A stretch of DNA of 64,000 bases, taken from an uncultured Bacillota bacterium. Lineage in GTDB: Bacteria > Sysuimicrobiota > Sysuimicrobiia > Sysuimicrobiales > Segetimicrobiaceae. The notes beneath the pieces were generated by a model. The model saw nothing but the letters and a program-made list of their open reading frames with translations, did no database searches and was not told where the DNA came from. Numbering within the stretch: position 1 is the first letter of the stretch; each line of letters begins with the position of its first letter. Both the position numbers and the translations under genes were made by a program. Location of the stretch: positions 160,001 through 224,000 of the forward strand of contig CAWDRG010000019.1 of the NCBI GenBank assembly GCA_963804645.1. Reading direction: 5' to 3'. Positions 8,790 through 18,546 of this stretch are shown here, piece after piece.

Positions 8790-11060
8790 ATGAGCGTCGA
8801 GCAGCCGGGCGGAGTCAAGCCGGGAAAGGCCGCGGAGATGGTCGGCGGCGCGATGAAGCGGCTGCACCTGGTGCGCCCAAGCGCCGAGGCGCCGCTCGCG
8901 CCGGAGGCCGGCGCCCTGCTCGAGCACGTCCGCGAGCTGATCCCCACCGCCGATCGGGACCTGATTCGCCGCGCGTATCTGTTTGCCGAGGAGGCGCACG
9001 CGGGACAGACGCGCGCGTCCGGCGAGCCGTACGTCAACCACAGCGTCGCGGTCGCCGACGTCCTGGTCGGGCTGCGCCTCGACGCGGCGACGATCGCGGC
9101 CGCGCTGCTGCACGACGTCCCGGAGGACACGTCGCACACGATCGACGAGGTCCGCGACAAGTTTGGTGCCGAGATCGCGGGGCTGGTCGACGGGGTGACG
9201 AAGCTCGGCCGCATCGAATGGAAGTCCCGGGAGGAGCGCCAGGCGGAGAACCTCCGGAAGATGTTCCTCGCGATGGCGAGCGATATCCGGATCATCCTGA
9301 TCAAGCTCGCCGACCGCGTGCACAACATGCGGACGATCGAAGCGCTCCCCGAGTGGAAGCAGAAGCGCACGGCCCGCGAGACCCTCGAGATCTACGCCCC
9401 CCTGACCGAGCGGCTCGGCATCGGCAGCATCAAGCGCGAACTCGAGGACCTGTCGTTTCGCGTGCTGGAGCCGGCGGCGTACCAGGAGATCGCCGGGGAG
9501 ATCGAGCGCGACAACCAGGAGCAGCAGGCGCTGCTGGCGCGGGCCGCCGACGCCCTCCACGCCGAACTGAACCGGTCCGGCATCAAGGTCGACCGTGGGG
9601 CGATCACCGGGCGTCCGAAGCACGTCTACAGCATCTATCAGAAGATGCAGCGCCCGAAGTACCAGGGCCAGGGCGTCGGACGCATCTACGACCGGCTGGC
9701 GGTGCGCGTCATCGTCAACGACGTTGGGGAGTGCTACCAGGCGTTTGGGATCGTGCACGCGCTGTGGAAGCCAATCCCCGGCGAGGTCGACGACTACATC
9801 GCGAACCCGAAGACGAGTGGCTACCAGTCGCTGCACACCGCGGTGCTCTACGAGGGGCAGCCGCTCGAGATTCAGATTCGAACCCAGCCCATGCACCGGG
9901 TCGCCGAGCACGGGATCGCCGCCCACTGGCGCTACAAGGAGGGCGGTCCGAAGACCGAGGCCGCGTTCGAGCAGAAGCTGTCGTGGCTGCGCCAGCTCCT
10001 GGAGTGGCACCAGGAGGTGCAGGACGCGCGGGAGTTCATGCACTCGGTCAAGATCGATCTGTTCCAGAACGAGGTCTTCGTGTTTACGCCGAAGGGCGAC
10101 ATCGTCGACCTGCCGGCCGGCGCGACGCCGGTGGACTTCGCGTTTCGGATCCACACCGACGTCGGCTACCACACGACCGGGGCGCGCGTGAACGGGCGGC
10201 TCGTGCCGCTCAGCCACGTGCTGCATTCGGGGGACATCGTCGAGGTCCAGACGAGCAAGCAGAGCGCCGGCCCGAGCCGCGACTGGGTCGCGTTCGTCCA
10301 GACCAGCAACGCGCGGACGAAGATCCGGCAGTGGTTCAAGCGGGAGCGGCGGGACGAGAACATCACGCGCGGCAAGGAGTTGCTCGAACGGGAGCTGCGG
10401 CGCGGCGGCAGCGTTGCGGCGTTCATGAAGCCGGAGCGACTGCGGGAGATCGCGCCGCGGTTCGGCCTCCCGAACGAGGACGAGCTGTACGCGGCGCTCG
10501 GCAACGGCGACGTCTCGCTGCTGCAGGTCGTGCAGGGCCTCCGCGGCGAGCCGGCCGCGGCGGAGCCCGAGCCCGTCCCGCCGCCGACGACGCCGGCGCC
10601 GCCGTCGGCGGCCCGGGGCATCCACGTCCGCGGCGTTGAAAATGTCCTGATGCGGCTCGGCCGGTGCTGCAGCCCGCTGCCGGGCGACCGCGTCGTGGGC
10701 TACATCACCCGGGGCCGGGGCGTCAGCATCCACCGCGCGGACTGTCCGAACATCCAGTTCCTGCGCGCCCAGCCCGAGCGCATGCTCGACGTCGAGTGGG
10801 ACGCGTCGCCGGACGGCACGTATCAGGTCGAACTGGAGGTCGAGGCGCTCGACCGCGTCGGGATGCTTAAGGACATCCTCGCGGCGATCAGCGAGACCAA
10901 GACCAACCTCGTGTCGCTCAACGCGCGCGTACGGAAGGACAAGGTCGCCGTGATCGACATCATCGCCGACATCGCGAACGTGGCGCAGTTGACGGGATTG
11001 ATGCACCGCATCGGACGGGTGAAAGACGTCTACAACGTCGAACGCGTCGTGCCGCACTGA
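8790..11060 (+). CDS. rel: bifunctional (p)ppGpp synthetase/hydrolase (long RSH)
   Basis: HD domain 'HAGQTRASGEPY...LLHDVPEDT', 'IKLADRVHNMRT', synthetase 'DYIANPK.SGYQSLHT', TGS 'TPVDFAF', 'RCCSPLPGD', C-terminal ACT. Confidence 0.97.
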   Translation: MSVEQPGGVKPGKAAEMVGGAMKRLHLVRPSAEAPLAPEAGALLEHVRELIPTADRDLIRRAYLFAEEAHAGQTRASGEPYVNHSVAVADVLVGLRLDAATIAAALLHDVPEDTSHTIDEVRDKFGAEIAGLVDGVTKLGRIEWKSREERQAENLRKMFLAMASDIRIILIKLADRVHNMRTIEALPEWKQKRTARETLEIYAPLTERLGIGSIKRELEDLSFRVLEPAAYQEIAGEIERDNQEQQALLARAADALHAELNRSGIKVDRGAITGRPKHVYSIYQKMQRPKYQGQGVGRIYDRLAVRVIVNDVGECYQAFGIVHALWKPIPGEVDDYIANPKTSGYQSLHTAVLYEGQPLEIQIRTQPMHRVAEHGIAAHWRYKEGGPKTEAAFEQKLSWLRQLLEWHQEVQDAREFMHSVKIDLFQNEVFVFTPKGDIVDLPAGATPVDFAFRIHTDVGYHTTGARVNGRLVPLSHVLHSGDIVEVQTSKQSAGPSRDWVAFVQTSNARTKIRQWFKRERRDENITRGKELLERELRRGGSVAAFMKPERLREIAPRFGLPNEDELYAALGNGDVSLLQVVQGLRGEPAAAEPEPVPPPTTPAPPSAARGIHVRGVENVLMRLGRCCSPLPGDRVVGYITRGRGVSIHRADCPNIQFLRAQPERMLDVEWDASPDGTYQVELEVEALDRVGMLKDILAAISETKTNLVSLNARVRKDKVAVIDIIADIANVAQLTGLMHRIGRVKDVYNVERVVPH

Positions 11061-11100
11061 CGCGCGGCGCGGCACACACGACCAACTAAGGGGGACCACG

Positions 11101-12303
11101 ATGATCCGAACGGCCTCGCGGGTGTCGCTGTTTACCGAATCGGTGATCCGGGAGATGACGCGCCTCGCGATGGAGCACGACGCCGTCAATTTGGCCCAGG
11201 GGTTTCCAGACTTTCCGGCCCCCGCCGAGCTGCTGGAGGCGGCCTCCCGTGCGCTCAGGGAAGGGTACAACCAGTACGCGATCACGTGGGGCTCGCCGAA
11301 CCTGCGTCAGGCGATCGCGGAGAAGGTCCGGTGGTTCAATGGCATCGAGGCCGACCCGGAGAAGAACATCACCGTGACCTGCGGGGCGACCGAGGCGATG
11401 ATCGCGACGCTGCTCGCGACCGTGGACCCCGGCGACGAGGTGATCGTGTTCGAGCCGTTCTACGAGAACTACGGGGTGGACACGCTCATGTCCGGCGCGG
11501 TGCCGCGGTACATCCCGCTGCGCCTCGAGCCGGGGTTTCCGTTCGACGCGGACGCGCTGCGGGACGCGGTCGGGCCGCGGACGAAGGCGATCATCGTGAC
11601 GACCCCGCACAATCCCACCGGGAAGGTGTTCACGCGGGCGGAGCTCGAGCTGATCGCCGACCTCTGCCGGCGCCACAACCTGCTCGCGGTCACGGACGAG
11701 GTCTATGAGCACATCATCTACGACGGGTGCGAGCATCTGAGCATTGCCTCGCTGCCGGGTATGGCCGAGCGCACGGTGACCGTGAACAGCTCGTCCAAGA
11801 GCTACGGCGTGACCGGCTGGCGTGTCGGGTGGACGATCGCCCCCGCGGAGATCGCGAACGGCATTCGCAAGGTCCATGACTTCCTGACCGTCGGGGCGGC
11901 CGCGCCCCTGCAGGAAGCGGTGGCGACCGCGCTGCGCTTTTCCCGCGCCTACTACACGGAACTCGGGGCGATGTATCAGCAGAAGCGCAACACGCTCCTC
12001 GAGATGCTGCGCACCGCCGGCTTCAAGTGTGTCACCCCGTCCGGGGCGTACTATATTATGTGCGATATCACCCCGTTCGGCTTCGCGAACGACGTGGAGT
12101 TTACCACCCACATGATCGAGCACGTCGGGGTGGCCCCGGTGCCCGGGTCGTCGTTCTACAGCGAGCCCGCTGACGGCCGGCGCTACGTGCGGTTCGCATT
12201 TCCGAAGCGCGACGAAACGTTTGCCGAGGTCCGCACCCGGCTCGCGCGGCTGCGGGTCTCGCCGCGCGCCGGCACCACGTCGGGCCGCCCGCCCGCCCGA
12301 TGA
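11101..12303 (+). CDS. PLP-dependent aminotransferase class I/II (methionine/kynurenine transaminase-like)
   Basis: 'NLAQGFPDF', 'PHNPTGKV', 'DEVYEH', 'SKSYGVTGWRVG'. Confidence 0.92.
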   Translation: MIRTASRVSLFTESVIREMTRLAMEHDAVNLAQGFPDFPAPAELLEAASRALREGYNQYAITWGSPNLRQAIAEKVRWFNGIEADPEKNITVTCGATEAMIATLLATVDPGDEVIVFEPFYENYGVDTLMSGAVPRYIPLRLEPGFPFDADALRDAVGPRTKAIIVTTPHNPTGKVFTRAELELIADLCRRHNLLAVTDEVYEHIIYDGCEHLSIASLPGMAERTVTVNSSSKSYGVTGWRVGWTIAPAEIANGIRKVHDFLTVGAAAPLQEAVATALRFSRAYYTELGAMYQQKRNTLLEMLRTAGFKCVTPSGAYYIMCDITPFGFANDVEFTTHMIEHVGVAPVPGSSFYSEPADGRRYVRFAFPKRDETFAEVRTRLARLRVSPRAGTTSGRPPAR

Positions 12304-13475
12304 GCGTCCCGGTCCGGCCCGACGTGCGGGCGGAGGTCCGGTCCTGGGAATCCTACCGGGCCGAGTTCCCGGTGTTCCAGCGGGCGACGTACTTCAACAC
12401 CTGCTCCCTCGGTGCGCTCGGGACCCGGGTCCGGCGGGCGGTGACCCAGTTCTTGGAGTTGTGGGACGAACGCGGGGCGTCGGCCTGGTACGGTCCGTGG
12501 GGGCAGGAGCTCGATGCGCTGCGCGCCTCGGTGGCGCGCCTCTTCGGCGCGGAGGAGTCCGAGATCGCGCTCGCGCCGTCCGTCAGCGGGGCGCTCGCGG
12601 CCGTCGCGAGCTGCTTCGACTACCGGCAGCGCCCGCGCATCGTGGTTGCGGAGATCGATTTCCCCACGATCGCCTACCAGTGGCTGGCGCGCGCGGCGGA
12701 GGGCGCGGAAGTCGTGTTCGTGCGCAGTCCGGACGGGCTGGGCGTCCCCCTCGAGGCGTTCGAGGCGGCGATCGACGAGCGGACCCAGCTCGTCGCCACG
12801 TCGCACGTCTTTTTTCAGAGCGGCGTCGTGCAGGATCTCGGGGCGCTCGCGCGCCTCGCCCACGCGCGGGGTGCGCATCTCTTGGTGGACGCGTACCAGG
12901 GCGCGGGCCAGGTGCCGATCGACGTGCACGCCGTCGGCGCGGACTTTGTGATCGCCGGGGGCCTCAAGTGGCTGCTCGGCGGTCCGGGGATCGCCTACCT
13001 CTACGCCCGCGGGGACCTCGTGCCCGGGCTGCGCCCGGCGGTGTCCGGCTGGTTTGCGCACCGCCGCCAGTTCGCGTTCGATACCACGCACTTCGAGTTG
13101 GCCGACGGCGCGCGGCGGCTGGAATCCGGGACGCCGTCGGTCGCGGCCGTCTACGCCGCCCGGGCCGGGCTCGAGTACGTGCACGAGATCGGCGTCGAGC
13201 GGATCCGCACGCGCCAAGTCGAGCTGGTCACGGCCCTCGCCGACGGGCTCGCGGCGTCGGGGCTACGTCCCCGCGTGCGCGGAAGGGCCCAGGACCACGC
13301 CGGGATTGTGACGGTCCCGGTCCCGGACCCGCCGGCCGCGGTCGCGGCGCTCGCGCGGGACGGCATCATCATCGACTCGCGGCCCGGCGTCATCCGGCTT
13401 TCCCCGTACTTCTATAACACGACCGAGGATATCGACCGGACGCTGGCCGCCCTGCGGCGCCACCTCCGGCCGTAG
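12300..13475 (+). CDS. class V PLP enzyme (kynureninase/cysteine desulfurase-like)
   Basis: 'YFNTCSLG', 'DFPT', 'VDAYQ', 'GGLKWLLGGPG', 'ESGTP', 'RLSPYFYN'; ATGA overlap with the previous gene. Confidence 0.85.
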   Translation: MSVPVRPDVRAEVRSWESYRAEFPVFQRATYFNTCSLGALGTRVRRAVTQFLELWDERGASAWYGPWGQELDALRASVARLFGAEESEIALAPSVSGALAAVASCFDYRQRPRIVVAEIDFPTIAYQWLARAAEGAEVVFVRSPDGLGVPLEAFEAAIDERTQLVATSHVFFQSGVVQDLGALARLAHARGAHLLVDAYQGAGQVPIDVHAVGADFVIAGGLKWLLGGPGIAYLYARGDLVPGLRPAVSGWFAHRRQFAFDTTHFELADGARRLESGTPSVAAVYAARAGLEYVHEIGVERIRTRQVELVTALADGLAASGLRPRVRGRAQDHAGIVTVPVPDPPAAVAALARDGIIIDSRPGVIRLSPYFYNTTEDIDRTLAALRRHLRP

Positions 13476-13604
13476 CGTCGACAGGGCCGAACTCGGAGCC
13501 GGGTGGCGCTTCCGGGGCCCGCGTTGCGTTTGCCGCGGGCGCGGTTCTCTTGGTACGCTCTAGCCGGTCCAGTGCCTCGATTCGTCGGAGGTGTCGGCGC
13601 CGCG

Positions 13605-14081
13605 ATGCGGGCCCTCGTGCAGCGCGTTCGCCGTGCCGCGGTCTATCTCGTCGATGAGGCCGGCGGTGGGGAGCCCGCGGCCGCGCCGCTCGGGCGGGTG
13701 GACGGCGGTCTCGTGGTGTTGCTCGGCGTGCGGCTCGGCGACGCCCCGCAGGACGCCGACGCGCTGGCCGACCGGGTCGTCGGGCTGCGCATCTTCGCGG
13801 ATGACGCCGGGCGGATGAACCGGTCGATTCAGGATGTGGGAGGCGCGGTGCTGAGCATTCCCCAGTTCACGCTGTACGCGGACACTGCGCGGGGACGGCG
13901 GCCGAGCTTCACCGACGCGGCGCCCCCGGAGATCGCGGAGCCGCTGTACCGTCGGTTCAACGCGCGGATCGCGTCCGCCGGGGTGCCGGTCGTGCCCGGG
14001 CGCTTTCGCGCGCACATGGTCGTCGAGATCCACAACGACGGCCCGGTGACGGTCCTGCTTGAGGCGCCGGGACCGCCATGA
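13605..14081 (+). CDS. dtd: D-aminoacyl-tRNA deacylase
   Basis: 'MRALVQRV', 'LRIF.D..GRMN.S', 'PQFTL', 'GRRPSF', 'NDGPVT'. Confidence 0.96.
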   Translation: MRALVQRVRRAAVYLVDEAGGGEPAAAPLGRVDGGLVVLLGVRLGDAPQDADALADRVVGLRIFADDAGRMNRSIQDVGGAVLSIPQFTLYADTARGRRPSFTDAAPPEIAEPLYRRFNARIASAGVPVVPGRFRAHMVVEIHNDGPVTVLLEAPGPP

Positions 14082-14716
14082 GCGGGCAGCCCGGATTCTG
14101 GGAGCTCGTGGTGGCGGGGATCGCGGTCGGCGGGACGGCGGTGTGGGGCGTGGCGGCGGCCGCCCGCGTCGGTCTGCTCCGCATGCTGCTGGACGTGTTC
14201 CCCCCATCGACGTGGGACACGGTGACGTGGGGGCTGATTCCGCTCGTTCTGCTGGTGCCGCCGCTCCTGCAGGGCGGGGTGCTCGCCTGGCTCTCTGGCC
14301 GCCGGCCAAGGCCGGTCTGGCGGGCGGTCGTCGGCAGCGTGCTCGGGACGCTCGTGGCCATGGCCGTGTTTGGCGCCACGCTGCTGGTCGGGCTGCATCA
14401 CCTGCCGCCCCGCACGCTCGCGGTGGTGGTCAAAACGGCCCCCGACGTGCTGATCATTCTCTTCATCCTGCTGATCGTCGCGGGATGGCTGCTGGTGATT
14501 GCGCGCGCGGCCCGGCGGGCCGACCTGGGCCGCGTCGCCGTCCTGGCGGTGGCGGTCGCGGTGGCGGTCGCGTGGCAGCGCGACCACGGCCAGATCGTGG
14601 CGCTGAGCTACGTGCTCGACCGGCCGGAGGCGAACGGATTCTTCGCGTCGGTCGCGGTCGGCGGAGCGCTCGGCACCGTGTGGGCGGTCCGGCGGGTGCG
14701 CGGGGAGGCGGTGTAG
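14078..14716 (+). CDS. hypothetical multi-pass membrane protein
   Basis: About 6 hydrophobic segments; ATGA overlap with dtd and abuts hisS. Confidence 0.7.
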   Translation: MSGQPGFWELVVAGIAVGGTAVWGVAAAARVGLLRMLLDVFPPSTWDTVTWGLIPLVLLVPPLLQGGVLAWLSGRRPRPVWRAVVGSVLGTLVAMAVFGATLLVGLHHLPPRTLAVVVKTAPDVLIILFILLIVAGWLLVIARAARRADLGRVAVLAVAVAVAVAWQRDHGQIVALSYVLDRPEANGFFASVAVGGALGTVWAVRRVRGEAV

Positions 14717-14719
14717 GGC

Positions 14720-16045
14720 GTGGAGATCAAAGCGCCGCGCGGCATGCAGGACATCCTGCCCGGGGAGACGGCCCGGTGGCAGCATCTCGAGCGCGTCCTG
14801 CGGGACCTCGTGCGCCGGTATGGCTACCGTGAGATCCGCACGCCGGTCGTGGAGCATACCGAGGTGTTCCAGCGGGGCATCGGCGAGGGGACCGACATCG
14901 TCGACAAGGAGATGTACACGTTTCGCGACCGCGCCGACCGCAGTCTGTCGCTTCGGGCGGAGGGGACGGCGCCGGTCATGCGCGCCTTCCTGGAGCACAA
15001 CATTGGGGCGGCCGGACTGCCGGTCCGGGTGTACTACATCTGTCCGATCTTCCGGTACGATCGGCCGCAGGCCGGCCGGTACCGGCAGCACACGCAGTTC
15101 GGGGCCGAGGTGATCGGCAGCCCGGACCCCGCCGCGGACGCGGAGGTCCTCGGCCTCGCCGTGCGGACCCTCGAGACCCTCGGCCTGACCGACGTCGAGC
15201 TGCACCTCAACAGCGTCGGGGACGAGGTGTGCCGTCCCCGGTACCTCGAAGCGCTGCGGGACTACTACCGCCCGTACCTCGGGGAGATGTGCGACGACTG
15301 CCGGCGCCGCTTCGAGATCGCGCCGCTTCGCCTCCTCGACTGCAAGCGCGACCACGACCGGCGTCTCGCGGAAGGCGCTCCGCGGATGCTGGATTACCTC
15401 TGCGACGCGTGCAAGGAACACTTCGAGGGCGTGCAGGCGTATTTCCGGGCGATGGGGGTCTCCTACCGAATCGACCCGGGCATCGTCCGAGGCTTGGACT
15501 ACTATACGCGGACCGCGGCGGAGGTGTTCTCGGGCAAGCTCGGCGCGCAGAGCGCGATGTTCGGGGGCGGGCGGTACGACGGCCTCGCCGCGCAGCTCGG
15601 CGGCAAGCCGGTCCCGGGGGTCGGCTTCGGCATGGGACTGGAGCGGGTGCTGCGGGTCCTCGAGCAGGAGCACATCGCGCTGCCGGGCGAGCCGCCGCCG
15701 GACCTCTTTATCGCGGCGGCGGACGATGTGGGGGCCCGCGATCTGCACACGGCGGCCACTGCGATGGCCGACCGCCTCCGGCGGGCCGGCCTCAGCGTGG
15801 AGGTCGACGTGATGGGGCGCAGCCTCAACGCCCAGATGCGGCAGGCGAACCGCGTGGGCGCGCGGTTCGCGCTGATCCTCGAGGGCGACCGGCTGCGGCT
15901 GCGCGAGATGGCCACGGGGCAGGAGGCGGACCTCACCTCCGAGCCCGGGGACGCGGCGGCGCTGGCGCACGCGGACGCGCCGGTCCTGGTGCGGCTCACG
16001 CAGGCGGTGGCGGCGCGGGTGGGGTCTCGAAAGGAGCACGCATGA
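14720..16045 (+). CDS. hisS: histidine--tRNA ligase
   Basis: 'PRGMQDILP', 'DIVDKEMY', 'LRAEGTA', 'FRYDRPQAGRYRQ', 'RGLDYY', 'GGGRYD'. Confidence 0.98.
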   Translation: MEIKAPRGMQDILPGETARWQHLERVLRDLVRRYGYREIRTPVVEHTEVFQRGIGEGTDIVDKEMYTFRDRADRSLSLRAEGTAPVMRAFLEHNIGAAGLPVRVYYICPIFRYDRPQAGRYRQHTQFGAEVIGSPDPAADAEVLGLAVRTLETLGLTDVELHLNSVGDEVCRPRYLEALRDYYRPYLGEMCDDCRRRFEIAPLRLLDCKRDHDRRLAEGAPRMLDYLCDACKEHFEGVQAYFRAMGVSYRIDPGIVRGLDYYTRTAAEVFSGKLGAQSAMFGGGRYDGLAAQLGGKPVPGVGFGMGLERVLRVLEQEHIALPGEPPPDLFIAAADDVGARDLHTAATAMADRLRRAGLSVEVDVMGRSLNAQMRQANRVGARFALILEGDRLRLREMATGQEADLTSEPGDAAALAHADAPVLVRLTQAVAARVGSRKEHA

Positions 16046-17838
16046 GCAGCGACCTGGGTACGTGGCGGCGCACGCACGACAACGGCAGTCTCCGGGCGGG
16101 CGACGTCGGCGCCGCGGTGACCCTGATGGGCTGGGTGCACAACCGGCGCGACCTCGGGGGGTTGATCTTCATCGACCTGCGGGACCGCGCCGGGATCACG
16201 CAGGTAGTCTGCAACCCGCAGGAGGCGGAGGCGCCGGCGCTCGCCGCCGCGCAGGTGCGCAACGAGTATGTGATCGCGGTGTCGGGCGTGGTCGCCGCGC
16301 GCCCCGCCGGGACGGACAACGCCAAGCTGCCGACCGGACAGATCGAAGTCCGCGCGCGCGAGCTGCGCGTCCTCAACGCCGCCGAGACGCCGCCGTTTCC
16401 GATCGCGGACGCGATCGAGGTGGACGAGGCGGTGCGCCTCAAGTACCGCTACCTCGATCTCAGACGGCCGGCGATGTATGACCACCTCGCGCTGCGGCAC
16501 CGCGCCGCGAAGGCGTTCCGGGATTTTCTCTCCTCGGACGGGTTCCTCGAGGTCGAGACCCCAATGCTGATCAAGGGCACGCCCGAGGGGGCGCGCGATT
16601 TCCTGGTCCCGAGCCGCGTCCAGCCGGGGAAGTTCTTCGTGCTGCCGCAGTCGCCGCAGCTGTTCAAGCAGATCCTGATGGTCGCCGGGGTCGAGCGGTA
16701 CTTCCAGATCGTGCGGTGCTTCCGCGATGAGGACCTCCGGGCCGACCGCCAGCCCGAGTTCACGCAGATCGACATCGAATGCGCGTTCGTCGGCCGCGAT
16801 GACGTGCTGGCGCTCGGGGAGCGCATGATGGAGGCGGTCCTCCGCGACACGGTCGGCCGAGGGGTCTCGCTCCCGCTGCCCCGTCTGACCTACGCCGACG
16901 CGATGGACCGCTACGGCAGCGACAAGCCGGATCTCCGGTTCGGCATGGAGATCGTCGACTGCACGGAGGCCGTCGGGAGCACCGGGTTCCGCACGTTCGA
17001 CGCGGTGGTCTCGGGCGGCGGCGCGGTCCGCGGCCTCCGCGTCCCGGGGGCGTCGGGCTACAGCCGCCGGGAGATACAGGAACTGGAAGCGCTCGCCACC
17101 GCCGCCGGGGCGGCCGGCCTCCTGCCGGTGCACCTGGAAGACGGGGGGAAGGTGCGCGGCCCGCTCGCCAAGTTCCTGTCTTCCGCGGCCACGGCCGCGC
17201 TGGCGGCGCGCTTCGGCGCCGCTCCGGGAGATCTGCTGCTGCTCGTGGCCGGGCCCGCGCGCGAGGCGAGTACGGTGCTCGGTCGGCTCCGCCTCGATCT
17301 CGTGCGTCTGCGCCCCGATCTGCACGCGCGGGTGGGATACGATCCGGACCGGCTCGCGATGCTGTGGGTCGTCGACTTTCCGCTGTTTGAGCGGAGCTCG
17401 GACGGGGCGGTGACCGCCGTGCACCATCCGTTCACATCCCCGCTCGACGCGGATCTCCCGCGGCTCGACGCCGACCCGCTCGGCGTCCGCGCGAATGCGT
17501 ACGACCTGGTGCTGAATGGGGTCGAGCTCGGCGGGGGCAGCATCCGGATCCACCGCCGGGAACTGCAGGAGCGCATCTTCTCGATCCTCGGCATCTCCCC
17601 GGAGGTGGGCCGAGAGCGATTCGGCTTCTTGCTCGACGCCTTTCGCTACGGCGCGCCCCCGCACGGCGGCATTGCGCTTGGGTTCGACCGGTTCGTGATG
17701 CTGCTCGCGGGCGAGGAGTCGATTCGCGAGGTGATCGCGTTTCCGAAGACCGCGAGCGCGACTGATCTCATGACCGGCGCCCCCGCCGAGGTGGAGCCCT
17801 CGCAGCTCGAAGAGGCCCACATCCAGATTCGGTTGTAA
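16042..17838 (+). CDS. aspS: aspartate--tRNA ligase
   Basis: 'GWVHNRRDLGG', 'RLKYRYLDLR', 'LPQSPQLFKQ', 'FRDEDLRADRQPEFTQ', 'PPHGGIALG'. Confidence 0.98.
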   Translation: MSSDLGTWRRTHDNGSLRAGDVGAAVTLMGWVHNRRDLGGLIFIDLRDRAGITQVVCNPQEAEAPALAAAQVRNEYVIAVSGVVAARPAGTDNAKLPTGQIEVRARELRVLNAAETPPFPIADAIEVDEAVRLKYRYLDLRRPAMYDHLALRHRAAKAFRDFLSSDGFLEVETPMLIKGTPEGARDFLVPSRVQPGKFFVLPQSPQLFKQILMVAGVERYFQIVRCFRDEDLRADRQPEFTQIDIECAFVGRDDVLALGERMMEAVLRDTVGRGVSLPLPRLTYADAMDRYGSDKPDLRFGMEIVDCTEAVGSTGFRTFDAVVSGGGAVRGLRVPGASGYSRREIQELEALATAAGAAGLLPVHLEDGGKVRGPLAKFLSSAATAALAARFGAAPGDLLLLVAGPAREASTVLGRLRLDLVRLRPDLHARVGYDPDRLAMLWVVDFPLFERSSDGAVTAVHHPFTSPLDADLPRLDADPLGVRANAYDLVLNGVELGGGSIRIHRRELQERIFSILGISPEVGRERFGFLLDAFRYGAPPHGGIALGFDRFVMLLAGEESIREVIAFPKTASATDLMTGAPAEVEPSQLEEAHIQIRL

Positions 17839-17877
17839 GCGGGGCGTCGAAGCCCGACCACCGGGAGGCGTCGGCTA

Positions 17878-18299
17878 GTGCAACACGAGCGCGTCCCGCT
17901 CGTCGATCCAGACCGGTGCCTTCACTTGGCAAGAACATGCAGCGTGTTCCCGATCGACTGTTCGCGCTGCACGGCGGCGCAGCGGGGGTGCGCGACGACG
18001 CGCGGTTGAAGTCGGCGCTGGCCCGGCCGCATCAGCTCGGCGCCTACGCCGAACATCATGACATCATTGACCTGGCCACCGTCTATACCGCTGGGATCGT
18101 GCGTAACCACCCATTCGTGGATGGCAACAAACGCACCGGATTTATGCTCGGCATTCTGTTTCTCGAGCTCAATGGCTACGCCGTCACCGCCAGCGAGGAA
18201 GACGCGGCGCGAGCGGTCATGGAGCTGGCGTCGGGGCGTCTCGATGATTCAGGCTACTGCGCGTTTCTTCGCGCGAACGCAGCACGGGCGAAGCGGTAG
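17878..18299 (+). pseudogene. doc: Fic/Doc death-on-curing toxin whose 5' end, with the 3' tip of its antitoxin, is inverted
   Basis: Plus strand from 17952: 'DRLFALHGGAAGVRD...HPFVDGNKRTG'. Minus strand 17925-17878 encodes the missing N-terminus 'VKAPVWIDERDALVLH'. Confidence 0.85.
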
Positions 18300-18411
18300 C
18301 GTTGGTTGCGCGACGTGACGGCGTCTGGCTCCGCCTCGGCGCGTCCCTCGTGGGCGTGACAATTCTGGCCGTGCCAGGGCGTTCGCTGTGTGGCCGGTTT
18401 GACCGGTCGGA

Positions 18412-18441
18412 TTGAAGGGCGGCACACCACGATGCTATGAT
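18412..18441 (+). promoter_or_regulatory. possible promoter of the dehydrogenase gene
   Basis: TTGAAG-N18-TATGAT with an extended -10 TG. Confidence 0.45.
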
Positions 18442-18546
18442 GGGAAAGTGTCGCGCCGCAGAGCCGTTGTAAGGCGGTGCGGCGCGACGGTACGTGCCGC
18501 TACGAAGGGAGGAGAGCGCGGGCGAGGGTGGCCCGAGCACCGGACG

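Noticed and set aside
16042..17838. Non-discriminating AspRS
   Set aside because: It has RRDLGG rather than RRDHGG and asnS is present; the sequence alone does not support the call.
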